DNA of 64,000 nt from Patescibacteria group bacterium (GCA_041653675.1 JBAZEY010000001.1:64098-128097), one strand, 5' to 3'. Positions 48,536 to 58,891 are shown, counted from the stretch's first letter. Notes: generated from the letters alone by a model not told the origin. Program-made: numbers and translations.

Positions 48536-48706
48536 ATGGCCAATGAACCAGTAGTAGCTTATTGCGTAAAATGCAAAGCAAAAAAAGACATGAAAGACCC
48601 ACAAGAGGTGGAAATGAAGGGAAAAGGCGGCGTGGCACGAAGAGCCATGAAGGGCACGTGCCCGGTCTGCGGAACAGGCATGTATAGAATTCTGGGAAAA
48701 AAATAG
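48536..48706 (+). CDS. small zinc-ribbon protein (56 aa; C-x2-C ... C-x2-C)
   Basis: MANEPVVAYCVKCKAKKDM...GTCPVCGTGMYRILGKK. Extended -10 promoter TGCTATAAT upstream. Absent from the track (under 60 aa). Confidence 0.45.
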   Translation: MANEPVVAYCVKCKAKKDMKDPQEVEMKGKGGVARRAMKGTCPVCGTGMYRILGKK

Positions 48707-48998
48707 TTGAATTTGATAGTTTTGACTAAAAAATGCTGAAAATTAATTTTTCGGCATTTTTTTGGTGGTTTAGGGGCGGCGTCGTAGGCTAATTTAATCT
48801 TTCTTTAATTTTTCTCTGTTATATTATTAGGTGAGGGGCAATCGATTGCGAGAGGTTCGTCTTTGGCGAACCTGCAAATCAAAATTTGCATGCAAAGCAG
48901 TGGATTGTCTCTCGCCAAAAGATTCCCGGGTCAGTGGGAATTTTTTGTTTTTTGTGGTAAAATAAAGCAAAAGATAATTTATCTCATATATTTTATTA

Positions 48999-50488
48999 TG
49001 CCTTTTTTTAAAATAAAGAAATTGGATTTTAAGACCGGTGGAAGATGGATTGTAGTTTTACGTGAAAAGGAAGCGCAGGCCTACGGTATCAGAATGGGCG
49101 ATAAGTTGAAATTAAAATGGGATGGCAAGGAAACCGTAGTGACGGCTAATTATACTACTTCTAAGGTTGGCGAGGGCGAAGTGGGCCTTTTTAAAGAGAT
49201 TTGGCAAGGGCGCGCTTTTCGGCCTGGCGAAATGTCTGAACTTACTCTTCTTGAACGGCCGGTTTCTATTGAATCAATCAAGAAAAAACTTTTAGGCGGA
49301 GAATTGAATTATAAGGAAATGCACGCGGTCGTAAAAGACATTGCGGATTATGTTTTGGGTGATCTGGAAATAACTTATTTTGTCGCTTCGGGTTTTGCCA
49401 GAAAATTTTCTAATCGTGAGCTTTACTATCTTACGAAATCTATCGCGGAAACTGGTGATACACTTCGTTTGCCTGGCGCGGTAGTAGATAAGCATTCGGT
49501 CGGCGGTTTGCCGGGAAATAGAACAACAATGCTTGTGATTCCAATTATCGCGAGCTTGGGTTTTAAAATTCCGAAGACTTCTTCGCGAGCCATTACTTCG
49601 GCCGCGGGTACGGCTGACACAATGGAAGTTTTGGCGCCAGTAACTTTCCCAATGAAAAAAATAAAAGAGATTGTCAGAAAAACCGGCGCTTGCATTGCTT
49701 GGGGAGGGGGAACGCGCATTGCTCCGGCCGATGATCGGATTATCAGAGTTTCTTATCCGCTGTCTCTCGAGCCGTATACAAAAATGATTGTTTCCGTGCT
49801 GGCGAAAAAAGTAGCCATGGGAATAAAATATTTAGTGATTGATCTGCCGGTTGGCCCGACTGCTAAAATTCATCGCGTCGCTGACGCAAAAAAAATTGAA
49901 CGGATAATGAAATATCTGGCTAAACGATTTGGCATAAAAATAAAAGTGGACACGAGCGAGGCCCTAAAACCGATCGGCCGAGGCGTTGGCCCGTCCCTTG
50001 AGGCGCGAGATGTTTTGCGCGTGCTCCAAAGAAAAGAACATCGGCCGCTTGATTTGGAAGAAAAATCCTTGGAGCTTGCCGGTGAACTTTTGGATTTAGT
50101 TGGATTTTCTAAAAAAGGAGACGGCTATGATCGGGCGATGGAGGCTCTCCGAAGCGGCAAGGCCTGGAAAAAAATGCAGGAAATTATTCGGGCGCAAGGC
50201 GGAAGAGCAAATATTGACTCAGAAGAAGTTGTTTTAAGCGATAAAATTTTAAAAGTTAAGGCAAAAACTGCCGGCCAGATAGCAAGTTTTGATAATAAAG
50301 CTATTGTCGCCATTTGCCGAATTTTGGGGGCGCCCACTTGCAAAATTGCGGGAATCTACTTAAATAAGGTGATGGGCGACCGGGTAAGAAGGGGAGATGT
50401 GCTCTTTACGATGTACGCAGAAAGTAAGGATAGGCTTGATTTAGCGGAAAAGGCGTTAGAAAAGAATGAGGTTTTAAAGATAAAATAA
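48999..50488 (+). CDS. AMP phosphorylase / thymidine phosphorylase family protein
   Basis: VVDKHSVGGLPGNRTTMLVIPIIASLG...SSRAITSAAGTADTMEVLA (phosphate-binding TGGT-like region). Start placed at ATG 48999 (MPFFKIKKLDFKTGG). The track ORF extends further upstream through a hairpin-rich leader. Confidence 0.7.
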
Positions 50489-50507
50489 AAGGTTACAATA
50501 ATCATTT

Positions 50508-51218
50508 ATGAGTATATTTAAAAAAATATTTAAAGGGAATACGCTGTATTATCCGGGATGTCTTTCTAAGTTTGTGGCGAAAGAGTTGGTGGAAAATTAT
50601 CGTCGGATTTTGCGCGAAGCCGGAGTTGATTTTATCGAACTTTCGGATCTTGAAGTTTGTTGCGGTTCGCCAGCGCTTAAGGCTGGCTATGGTGATGATT
50701 TTAAAAAATTGGCGGAAAAGAATTTACAAGTTTTTAAAGATCATTCGGTTGGTCGAATTGTCACGCATTGCCCGGCGTGTTTTATGATTTTTAAAAAAGA
50801 ATATCCAAAAGTTTTGGGTGACAAGTGGGACATTGTAGTCGAACACGCGACAGAAGTGTTAAATAAAAAAATTAAAAAGTTGGAAAGCCGTAAGGGTGAT
50901 GTAACATATCATGATCCATGTCATCTTGGCCGGCAGATGGGAGTTTATGAGCCGCCGCGGGAAATTATAAAATCTTTAGGCTACGAAATTAAAGAAATGG
51001 ATTTAGTTGGCAAAGAAAGTTTTTGTTGTGGCGGAGGCGGGGGAGTCCAGTCCAATGAATCGGAGCTAGCGGATAAAATCGCGAAAGACAGAATTGCTAT
51101 GGCGAAGAAAACCGGCGCGAAAATTTTAGTTACGCCTTGTCCGCTTTGTTATATGCACTTAAAGAAAAACGCCGAGGGAGAAGATATAGATGTTAAAGAA
51201 CTGTCGCATTTAATGTAA
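50508..51218 (+). CDS. cysteine-rich (CCG) domain Fe-S oxidoreductase subunit, LutA/GlpC-like
   Basis: Two CCG-type motifs (EVCCGSPA, ESFCCGGGGG; HCPAC, CPLCYMH). Confidence 0.65.
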   Translation: MSIFKKIFKGNTLYYPGCLSKFVAKELVENYRRILREAGVDFIELSDLEVCCGSPALKAGYGDDFKKLAEKNLQVFKDHSVGRIVTHCPACFMIFKKEYPKVLGDKWDIVVEHATEVLNKKIKKLESRKGDVTYHDPCHLGRQMGVYEPPREIIKSLGYEIKEMDLVGKESFCCGGGGGVQSNESELADKIAKDRIAMAKKTGAKILVTPCPLCYMHLKKNAEGEDIDVKELSHLM

Positions 51219-51220
51219 AT

Positions 51221-52477
51221 ATGCAAAAAGAATTTTTACCGAAAGAAACAAAAGAAAATATTTGGAAAGTAGTTTTTGAGTATAAAGCCAAGCGGGAAAA
51301 AACTTTGGCTAATTTAGGTTTGGATCCGGAAAAATTCCGTAACGAATTTAGAAAGATGAAAGAGGATTCTTTTCGCGATATGGAAAATTTGCGAAAGACA
51401 GCCATCGTTAATTTAGAAAAAAACGGGATTAAAGTTTTTGAGGCGAAGAATATTGCCGAGGCACAGAAAATTTTAAAAGATTTAACCGCAAGTGAGGAAG
51501 TGATTATAAAATCCAAAACTTCCGCTGCCGATGAAATAGAAATTGATAAAATTTTGGGCGACAAACTCGTGAGTACCGACCTGGGAGATTTTATTATGAG
51601 CATTGCCGGGGCGCGCGACATGCATCCGGTTTTTCCGTCATATCATTTATCGCCAAAACAGATCTCAGAAATTATTAAACAAAAATTTGGTGAAGATGTC
51701 CCAGCTGACGCCAAAAGCATTGCCGCTTTCGCGAGAAAATATTTGAGAAAAAAAATGGCCGAGGCAGGAGCGGGAATTACGGGCGCGAATGTTATTACTG
51801 CCGACGGCCGGATTGTGGTTTTGGAAAATGAAGGAAATATTTCTTTGGTTTCCCGCCTGCCGGATAAACATATTATAATTTCCGGCTGGGAAAAAATCGT
51901 GCCGACCGTGGAAGATGCCATGAAAGTCGTCCGGGCCGCCTCCGTTTGGGGTACGGGTCAGGACTGGCCGGTTTATGTTTCCATAATTTCCGGGCCGTCT
52001 AAAACCGCCGATATTCAAAATGAACTTGTGGTTGGAGCACAGGGCGCGAAAGAAGTTTATTTGATTTTATTGGATAATGGCCGTAGTCAAATGTTAAAAG
52101 ACGGATTTGAAGAACTTTTATATTGTATTAATTGCGGCGCGTGTTTGAATTTTTGTCCGGCCTATCACCAGTTAGGCACAAAATACGGCGATAAATATTT
52201 GGGAAGCAAAGGAATTATTTTGTCGGCGTTTATGGCGGAACTTTTACGCGCTAAAGAATCAGGCTGTTATTCTTGTACTTTATGCTCCGCTTGCCTGGAA
52301 AATTGTCCGGCAAAAATTGATTTGCCTGGGATGATGAAAAAAATTCGCGGCAAATTAAACGCGGAGAATTTAGAAACAGATGAAAATAAAAAAATGATTG
52401 GAAATACTAGAAAGTTTGGCAATCCGTTCGGCGAAATAGGAGATGATGGCACGCCAAAAGAACTTTATTGCTGCTAA
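51221..52477 (+). CDS. LutB/LldF-like iron-sulfur protein (DUF162 + 2x[4Fe-4S] ferredoxin motifs)
   Basis: CINCGACLNFCP and CTLCSACLENCP motifs. Adjacent to the LutA-like gene. Confidence 0.65.
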   Translation: MQKEFLPKETKENIWKVVFEYKAKREKTLANLGLDPEKFRNEFRKMKEDSFRDMENLRKTAIVNLEKNGIKVFEAKNIAEAQKILKDLTASEEVIIKSKTSAADEIEIDKILGDKLVSTDLGDFIMSIAGARDMHPVFPSYHLSPKQISEIIKQKFGEDVPADAKSIAAFARKYLRKKMAEAGAGITGANVITADGRIVVLENEGNISLVSRLPDKHIIISGWEKIVPTVEDAMKVVRAASVWGTGQDWPVYVSIISGPSKTADIQNELVVGAQGAKEVYLILLDNGRSQMLKDGFEELLYCINCGACLNFCPAYHQLGTKYGDKYLGSKGIILSAFMAELLRAKESGCYSCTLCSACLENCPAKIDLPGMMKKIRGKLNAENLETDENKKMIGNTRKFGNPFGEIGDDGTPKELYCC

Positions 52478-52531
52478 AAATTTGGATAAAAAATCAGGGC
52501 GGTATGAACGCTCTGATTTTTATTTATACTT

Positions 52532-55066
52532 TTATGCCAAGGATTTTTGATTATGGTTTGAAAAACGAAAATAGATTAATTTAACAATTTCCGTAATGGC
52601 GAAATAACAAATAACAACGCCAAAAATAATCAAGAAATGGCTAGGCTTGGGCTTTACGAAGTTAAATATTTTTTGTCCGAACGAAGTAAGCGGAAGAGTG
52701 ATGGTAATCGCGATTGTCAAAACCGCAAGACCAATCAAGAATGATGAAGCGCGTTTGGCCGAGAGAAAAAAGAATTTTGTCCGGACGGAAAAAATTAGAA
52801 TAATTTCCGTAAGGACGCTGCCGATAAACCAATTTGTTTGGAGTACGCCAGGCGAAATGCGGTAGAATAATCCAAAGAAAATGAAATCAAAGATAGTGCT
52901 TACTACGCCCAAGATTGTTGCCAGTAAAACAATTTCTTTGATGTTATAGCTTTTTGGTTTTTTTAATTCATCTTGATCGACCGTGTCCGTCGCGATAGAA
53001 ATCATGGGAAAATCGGAAAGCAAATTTAGAAGAAGAATTTGAATCGGCAGCATGGGCAAGAAGTCGATCAAAAGCGATGCCGTGGCTACGGCAAAAAAAT
53101 TGCCGAAATTGGAGGATAAAGTCACTTTAATATACTTTGAAATATTGGCGAAAATTTTTCGGCCCTCTCTGATTCCTTCAATAATTACCGATAAGCTCTT
53201 TTTTAGGAGAATAACGTCGGCGGCGTCTCTCGCGATATCGGCTCCGCTTTGGACAACAATGGCGACATTCGCAATTTTCAACGCCGGAGCATCATTAATT
53301 CCTTCACCCAAAAAACCAACTTCATTTTTTTCTTGCAATAATTTGATAATGTTATATTTTTGTTCCGGAGAAACGCGGGCGAAAACAAAGAAACGTTCTG
53401 CGGCGCTGTGTTTTTCCTCAATTGTCAACGCGTCAAATTCTTCACCAGTAATTACTTCGTTAGGAGAATTAATCAGATCTATTTTGTAGGCTACGGCCCC
53501 GGCTACTTCTCGGCTGTCGCCGGTCAAAATTTTTATTTTTACTCCTAATTTTTTAGCTTCTACGATTGTATGAGCTGCGGTTTTTTTAATCGGATCTACA
53601 AAAGAAATGATACCAAAAAATTCCAGATTGTTTTCCTCTTTTTCCAAATCAGAATTATTTTTGGCGGATATTTTTTTTCGCGCTATGGCCAGAACCCGAT
53701 GACCGTGCGCTCCTTCCGCGGCCATCCAAATTTTTAGTGAATTTTTCAGAGACTCGTCTAGTTTTGGACAGAACTTAAAAATAATTTCGGGCGCGCCGCG
53801 TACGATAAGTTCCGCGCCGTTTTTGGTTTGAACAAGAACGCTGTTACGCCGCCGCTCGGGGCTAAAGGGAATTTCCGCCAGATGTTTATATTGGTTTATT
53901 TCTTCACGGACGGCCGGAGAAAGTTTTTCCCAAAGGGCGACATCAAAAGCGTCTGTTGGTTTTTTTTCTTTAGTATCTAAAAACGAAGAAGCCATGGCGG
54001 CAAAGAAGAGGCAGGCTTCTTCGCTATCAGATTTTATTTTTTCCACGGTGAGTTTATTTTCGGTCAGAGTGCCGGTTTTATCAGTACAGAGAACCTCAAG
54101 ACTACCCAAATCTTCAATCGCTGAAAGCCTCTTAACAATCACTTTACTTTTTGCGAGACGCAAGGCACCGCGGGAAAGGGAGATCGTCGTGACGGCCGGT
54201 AATGGTTCAGGAATAACGCTGATAGCGAGAGCGATAGAAAATATAATTAGTTCGGGGATATTGGCTTTGTCTCCGCGGACAATAATATTAGCTAAAAATA
54301 CAAGAACAATAGTAATTAAAATCAGACGTAAAATAAATTTGCTGAAACCAAAGATTCCTTTTTCAAAACTGCTTACGCGTTTTGTTTCCGCTGTCAATTT
54401 AGCAATCCCGCCCAGACCCGTATTTTTTCCGGTGGCGATAACAACACCCAGTCCTTTTCCGGCAACCACTGTTGTGCCGGAAAAACCCAAATTTTCCGCT
54501 TTATAAAAATCTTGGGCCGGTTTTTCCATGGCAACAGAAATTTTATGGACCGGAACGGATTCCCCAGTCAAAATCTCCTCATCAACCATTAAATTATTTT
54601 CTTCAAGAAAACGGACGTCGGCGGGAATTTTATCGCCGGCTTCCACAATAACAAAATCGCCGGGAACGAGGTTTTGACTTTCAATAGTCAATTCTTCATT
54701 CGCTCGGCGAACTTTAGCGTGAGATAATATGTATTTTTTAAGAAGTTTTAAATTTTTTTCAGAATGATATTCTTGGAAAAAGCTAAGCGTTGCGTTTAGC
54801 GCCACAAAGACCAAAATCATTATTGCTTCAGTCAGCTCGCCAAAAAAAGAAGAAATCAGCGCCGCGGCAAAAAGAATGTAAATAAAAGGAGATTTCAATT
54901 GGCGAAAAAATATCTGCCACCAGTGGGTTTCCTTAGCTTCAATTTCATTTTTGCCGTATTTGCCAAGGCGAAGGGTTGCTTCCTCAAGGCCGAGACCCGT
55001 TGAAGTTACCCCGAACTCATTAAAAATTTCCTCGGCGGTTTTGGTAGTGTATGAGGAAAAATTCAT
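52532..55066 (-). CDS. cation-transporting P-type ATPase (P2/P3-like)
   Basis: CTDKTGTLT phosphorylation motif, TGES (LTGESVPV), GDGINDAPALK. Start trimmed to MNFSSY (55066) because the track start 55126 runs through tRNA-Pro. Confidence 0.8.
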   Translation of the reverse strand: MNFSSYTTKTAEEIFNEFGVTSTGLGLEEATLRLGKYGKNEIEAKETHWWQIFFRQLKSPFIYILFAAALISSFFGELTEAIMILVFVALNATLSFFQEYHSEKNLKLLKKYILSHAKVRRANEELTIESQNLVPGDFVIVEAGDKIPADVRFLEENNLMVDEEILTGESVPVHKISVAMEKPAQDFYKAENLGFSGTTVVAGKGLGVVIATGKNTGLGGIAKLTAETKRVSSFEKGIFGFSKFILRLILITIVLVFLANIIVRGDKANIPELIIFSIALAISVIPEPLPAVTTISLSRGALRLAKSKVIVKRLSAIEDLGSLEVLCTDKTGTLTENKLTVEKIKSDSEEACLFFAAMASSFLDTKEKKPTDAFDVALWEKLSPAVREEINQYKHLAEIPFSPERRRNSVLVQTKNGAELIVRGAPEIIFKFCPKLDESLKNSLKIWMAAEGAHGHRVLAIARKKISAKNNSDLEKEENNLEFFGIISFVDPIKKTAAHTIVEAKKLGVKIKILTGDSREVAGAVAYKIDLINSPNEVITGEEFDALTIEEKHSAAERFFVFARVSPEQKYNIIKLLQEKNEVGFLGEGINDAPALKIANVAIVVQSGADIARDAADVILLKKSLSVIIEGIREGRKIFANISKYIKVTLSSNFGNFFAVATASLLIDFLPMLPIQILLLNLLSDFPMISIATDTVDQDELKKPKSYNIKEIVLLATILGVVSTIFDFIFFGLFYRISPGVLQTNWFIGSVLTEIILIFSVRTKFFFLSAKRASSFLIGLAVLTIAITITLPLTSFGQKIFNFVKPKPSHFLIIFGVVICYFAITEIVKLIYFRFSNHNQKSLA

Positions 55067-55083
55067 TTTAGTGTTTTTATGGA

Positions 55084-55157
55084 AAAATTCTGGTCGGGGT
55101 GGAGGGATTCGCACCCTCGATCTCACGGTCCCGAACCGTGCGCCTTAGACTACTGGG
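55084..55157 (-). tRNA. tRNA-Pro (anticodon CGG)
   Basis: Minus-strand cloverleaf. Acceptor CGGGGTG/CACCCCG. Anticodon loop TTCGGGA. T-arm GGGTGCGAATCCCTC. CCA encoded (to 55081). Confidence 0.8.
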
Positions 55158-55290
55158 CCACACCCCGTAGTAGAACTTCGACTTGAAATAATACTACACT
55201 ATTTTTTCAATTTTTGACTATGCACCATAGCGAATCATTGACGGATATTTTTGTTCGCCGCGAGCGAACCGTCGAAGTTTCACTACGGGG
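55153..55290. mobile_element. MITE-like element copy 1 (~138 bp; TIR CCCCGTAGTAGAACTTCGAC / GTCGAAGTTTCACTACGGGG; flanking 4-5 bp direct repeat CACA(C)) inserted at the 5' end of tRNA-Pro
   Basis: Inverted repeats and duplicated CACAC flank read from the sequence. The left TIR supplies the first 5 nt of the tRNA. Confidence 0.45.
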
Positions 55291-55428
55291 CACACCCCGT
55301 TAGAAATAAAAGACCGCAAAAGGTCTTAAAATTATTATACAAGATAATCTTTTTTTCGTAAACCCTAAAAGTTAGCCCCTTCACTAAAAGCAGAAAAAGG
55401 ATTAAAATATATATACTCAAATAATTTT

Positions 55429-56691
55429 ATGCAAGACCTCTTCGACGGAAAATTAAATAAAGACTTGGCAAAAAACGCGCCGCTCGCGGATCGTTTGCGG
55501 CCGGAAACGCTTGATGAATTTGAAGGCCAGGAAGAATTGATCGGCCAGGGAAAAATGCTCCGTAATTTGATTCAAAATGATGAAATTCCTTCCATGATTT
55601 TTTGGGGGCCGCCGGGATCAGGGAAAACAACTCTGGCGCGGATTATTGCCAAAATGACCAAGTCGGAATTTATCCAGATGTCAGCGACGGCTTCCGGCCT
55701 CGCGGATTTGCGAAAAATTGTTTCCGCGGCACAAAGCGGACGAAAGTTTAATAATCGCCGGACGATTTTATTTATTGATGAAATTCATCGCTGGAATAAA
55801 TCCCAACAAGATTCGCTTTTGCCGTACGTGGAAAACGGAACAATTACTCTAATCGGCGCGACTACGGAAAATCCGTCATTTGAAGTTAATTCCGCTCTTC
55901 TATCCCGCTCGCGGGTTTTTGTTTTGAAATCCTTAACCGCGGAAAATATTAAAAATATTTTAAAGCGGGCGATTTCCGACAAAGTTCGCGGTTACGGCGC
56001 GCTTGACGTGCAAATTCTTGACAAGACACTTGACTATCTCTCAGGAGTGGCGAACGGCGACGCGCGGATTGCCTTGAATGCTCTAGAATTTGCGATTAAA
56101 GCCTCTCGAAAAGAAGGCCAAAAAATGATACAATTAAATCAGGAAACAATTCGCGAGGCTTTGCAAAAAACTCATTTGCTTTACGATCGGGCCGGAGAAG
56201 AACATTATAATATTATTTCCGCGCTTCATAAATCAATGCGCGGTTCGGATGCCGATGCCGCTCTTTATTGGCTCGGGAGAATGCTCGAGGCCGGAGAAGA
56301 TCCGCTCTATGTTGCTCGCCGTTTAGTTCGTTTTGCATCGGAGGATATTGGCCTCGCTGACCCGCAAGCGCTCGTGCAGGCGACAACTGGCTACACGGCT
56401 TGCCATTATTTGGGAATGCCAGAGTGTAATGTAATTTTGGCGCAAGTTGTGGCCTATCTCGCTCGCGCCCCGAAATCAAATGAACTTTATACGGCTTACG
56501 GCGAAGTGCAGCGCGACATCCGGGAAACGGAAAATGAGCCCGTCCCGCTGCATCTTCGAAACGCGCCGACGGATTTGATGAAAGATTTGGGCTACGGAAA
56601 AGGATATAAATATAATCCAAATTTTAAAGAGCCGGTGCAGCAAGATTATTTTCCGGAAAAATTAAAAGGAAGAAAATATTTTAAAAAATAA
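55429..56691 (+). CDS. rarA: replication-associated recombination protein A (AAA+ ATPase RarA/MgsA)
   Basis: Walker A GPPGSGKTT, Walker B ILFIDEIHR, sensor motifs, C-terminal MgsA helical domain. Confidence 0.8.
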   Translation: MQDLFDGKLNKDLAKNAPLADRLRPETLDEFEGQEELIGQGKMLRNLIQNDEIPSMIFWGPPGSGKTTLARIIAKMTKSEFIQMSATASGLADLRKIVSAAQSGRKFNNRRTILFIDEIHRWNKSQQDSLLPYVENGTITLIGATTENPSFEVNSALLSRSRVFVLKSLTAENIKNILKRAISDKVRGYGALDVQILDKTLDYLSGVANGDARIALNALEFAIKASRKEGQKMIQLNQETIREALQKTHLLYDRAGEEHYNIISALHKSMRGSDADAALYWLGRMLEAGEDPLYVARRLVRFASEDIGLADPQALVQATTGYTACHYLGMPECNVILAQVVAYLARAPKSNELYTAYGEVQRDIRETENEPVPLHLRNAPTDLMKDLGYGKGYKYNPNFKEPVQQDYFPEKLKGRKYFKK

Positions 56692-56692
56692 G

Positions 56693-57031
56693 TTGACGCA
56701 TATGACTGATGAAAGATGGTTAGACACAATTTCCATACTCAAAGATAAATTTCCCGTTTTGGAAGAAGGAAAGGAAGATTTATTGGAAGAAGAGGGAAGG
56801 GGCTTCCGGGAATTTGTAATTTTCAACGGTCCGCTCGGAAAAATGAAAATTGAACGTACAACCAAGGCCGTTGTCACCGGTAAAAAAACCATTGGCTCAA
56901 AAAGAATGGGCAGCCAAGCCTCGGTTGAATATCTTTATTCTGAAACGGAAAAAAGCCATAAATTTAAAGCTTACAAATGGGATGAAGCGCAAAATGATTG
57001 GATAGAGATTACACTAGAGGGAAGTTTATGA
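56693..57031 (+). CDS. hypothetical protein
   Basis: ORF only. Confidence 0.35.
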   Translation: MTHMTDERWLDTISILKDKFPVLEEGKEDLLEEEGRGFREFVIFNGPLGKMKIERTTKAVVTGKKTIGSKRMGSQASVEYLYSETEKSHKFKAYKWDEAQNDWIEITLEGSL

Positions 57032-58866
57032 GTAGATTCAGAGAGAGAAAAAAATTTAGTGAAAAGGCGAGCGACGGCGACCGTCGCTTAAAGCTTATTA
57101 AGCTGATTATTTTTTTATTCGCGGGGATTATTGCTCTCCGCCTTTTTAGTTTACAAATTTTAAATAATGATTTTTATTCCGCCCTCGCCGCCGGCCAACA
57201 CGAAATTTATAAAGCGATTTTTCCCGAGCGGGGAAGAATTTTGATGCAGGAAGTTGGCGGAAGCAGTGCCACGCAAGACGAAAAATTATATCCCCTGGCC
57301 ACAAACCAATCATTATATCTTGTGTATGTTGATCCTCGTAAAATAAAAAATGCCGAGGAGTTGGCAAAAAAATTAGTTGATATTTTATATGTGAGGGAAG
57401 AAAAAGAGGGAGAAGAATTAACTCCAGAAGAAATTGAAGATATAGAATTTGTTGATAAAAAGAATTTGGAAGAAGAATTTTTGGCCAAATTAAAAAAAGA
57501 AAATGATCCTTACGAACCCTTGCGCCATGGAGTGCCCGAGACAACGGTTACAAAAATTAAAGATTTGCAAGCAGAGGGGATTGGCTATATTGAAGAAGAA
57601 GCGCGTTATTATCCGGAAAATAATTTGGGCAGCCATTTTTTGGGATTTGTTGGAACAAAAGATAATAAAAAAATAGGGCAGTACGGACTCGAGGGTTATT
57701 TTGAAAAAGAGCTGGGCGGGGTTCAGGGATTTCTTTCCTCGGAAAAAGATGTGGCCGGCCGCTGGATTCCGATTTCCGGACGGGAATGGCAAAAAGCCGA
57801 GGATGGCGGGGACATAGTTATCACAATTGATAGAAATATTGAATATTTTGCTTGCGGAAAATTGAAAGAAGCAGTGGAGCGTCATGACGCCGACGGAGGA
57901 ACAGTAATAATTATGGATCCGAAAACCGGAGCGATTCTCGCGATGTGTTCTTACCCAGATTTTAATCCAAACGAATACTCCAAAGTAGAAAATATAAATG
58001 TTTATAATAATCCGGCGATTTTTAATCAGTACGAGCCGGGATCAATTTTTAAAGCCATAACTATTGCCGCGGCGTTGGATGTGGGAAAAATTAGCCCAAC
58101 AACAACTTATGTTGACGAAGGGGAAGTAAAGGTTGATGATAGAACAATTAAAAATTCCGACTTGAAAGCGTATGGCGTGCAAACGATGACGCAAGTTTTG
58201 GAAATGTCATTAAACACCGGCGCGGTTTTTGCCGCGGATACGATTGGTCCGGAAATTTTTAAAAAATACGTCGAAGATTTTGGGTTTGGGACAACAACAG
58301 GGATTGAGTTGGATTTTGAAAATTCGGGCAGTATCAGTTCTTTGGATAAAAAAGGAAAAATTTGGAGCGCGACGGCTTCTTTTGGTCAAGGAATTTCCGT
58401 CACGCCGATTCAGGTTGTAACCGCGTTTTCAGCAATCGCGAACGGCGGGAAACTTATGGAGCCTTACATCGTTGACCGTGTTATAAAAAGTAACGGCGAA
58501 ACAATTAAAACAGAACAAAAAGTTATCCGCCAGGTGATTACGCCAAGAACTTCAACTCTTTTGGGCGGCATGCTTGTTTCTGTGGTAGAAAATGGACACG
58601 GCAAGCGAGCTGGCGTTCCGGGATATTATGTGGCAGGAAAAACCGGTACGGCGCAGGTTGCAAAAAAAGACGGCAGCGGTTATGAAAAAGATATTACTAT
58701 TGGTTCATTTATCGGTTTCGCGCCGGTTGAAGATCCGAGATTTGTTATGTTGACAAAGATAGATCATCCAAGATCAACGATTTGGGCAGAGTCTACGGCC
58801 GCTCCGTTATTTGGCGAAATTGCCAAATTTATGCTAAACTACTTGAAAGTGCCTCCGAGCAGGTAA
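57028..58866 (+). CDS. penicillin-binding protein 2 / FtsI-type transpeptidase
   Basis: N-terminal TM. Active-site SxxK (EPGSIFK), SxN (SLN), KTGT (GKTGTA). Start at ATG 57028 (MSRFRERKKF). Confidence 0.75.
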   Translation: MSRFRERKKFSEKASDGDRRLKLIKLIIFLFAGIIALRLFSLQILNNDFYSALAAGQHEIYKAIFPERGRILMQEVGGSSATQDEKLYPLATNQSLYLVYVDPRKIKNAEELAKKLVDILYVREEKEGEELTPEEIEDIEFVDKKNLEEEFLAKLKKENDPYEPLRHGVPETTVTKIKDLQAEGIGYIEEEARYYPENNLGSHFLGFVGTKDNKKIGQYGLEGYFEKELGGVQGFLSSEKDVAGRWIPISGREWQKAEDGGDIVITIDRNIEYFACGKLKEAVERHDADGGTVIIMDPKTGAILAMCSYPDFNPNEYSKVENINVYNNPAIFNQYEPGSIFKAITIAAALDVGKISPTTTYVDEGEVKVDDRTIKNSDLKAYGVQTMTQVLEMSLNTGAVFAADTIGPEIFKKYVEDFGFGTTTGIELDFENSGSISSLDKKGKIWSATASFGQGISVTPIQVVTAFSAIANGGKLMEPYIVDRVIKSNGETIKTEQKVIRQVITPRTSTLLGGMLVSVVENGHGKRAGVPGYYVAGKTGTAQVAKKDGSGYEKDITIGSFIGFAPVEDPRFVMLTKIDHPRSTIWAESTAAPLFGEIAKFMLNYLKVPPSR

Positions 58867-58891
58867 TCTGTGTTTACATATAAATTAATTT

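Noticed and set aside
52647-54506. Plus-strand track ORFs 52647..52865, 53052..53489, 53360..53548 and 53994..54506 inside the minus-strand P-type ATPase
   Set aside because: Antisense frames of a well-supported 845-aa gene. Compositions are low-complexity.
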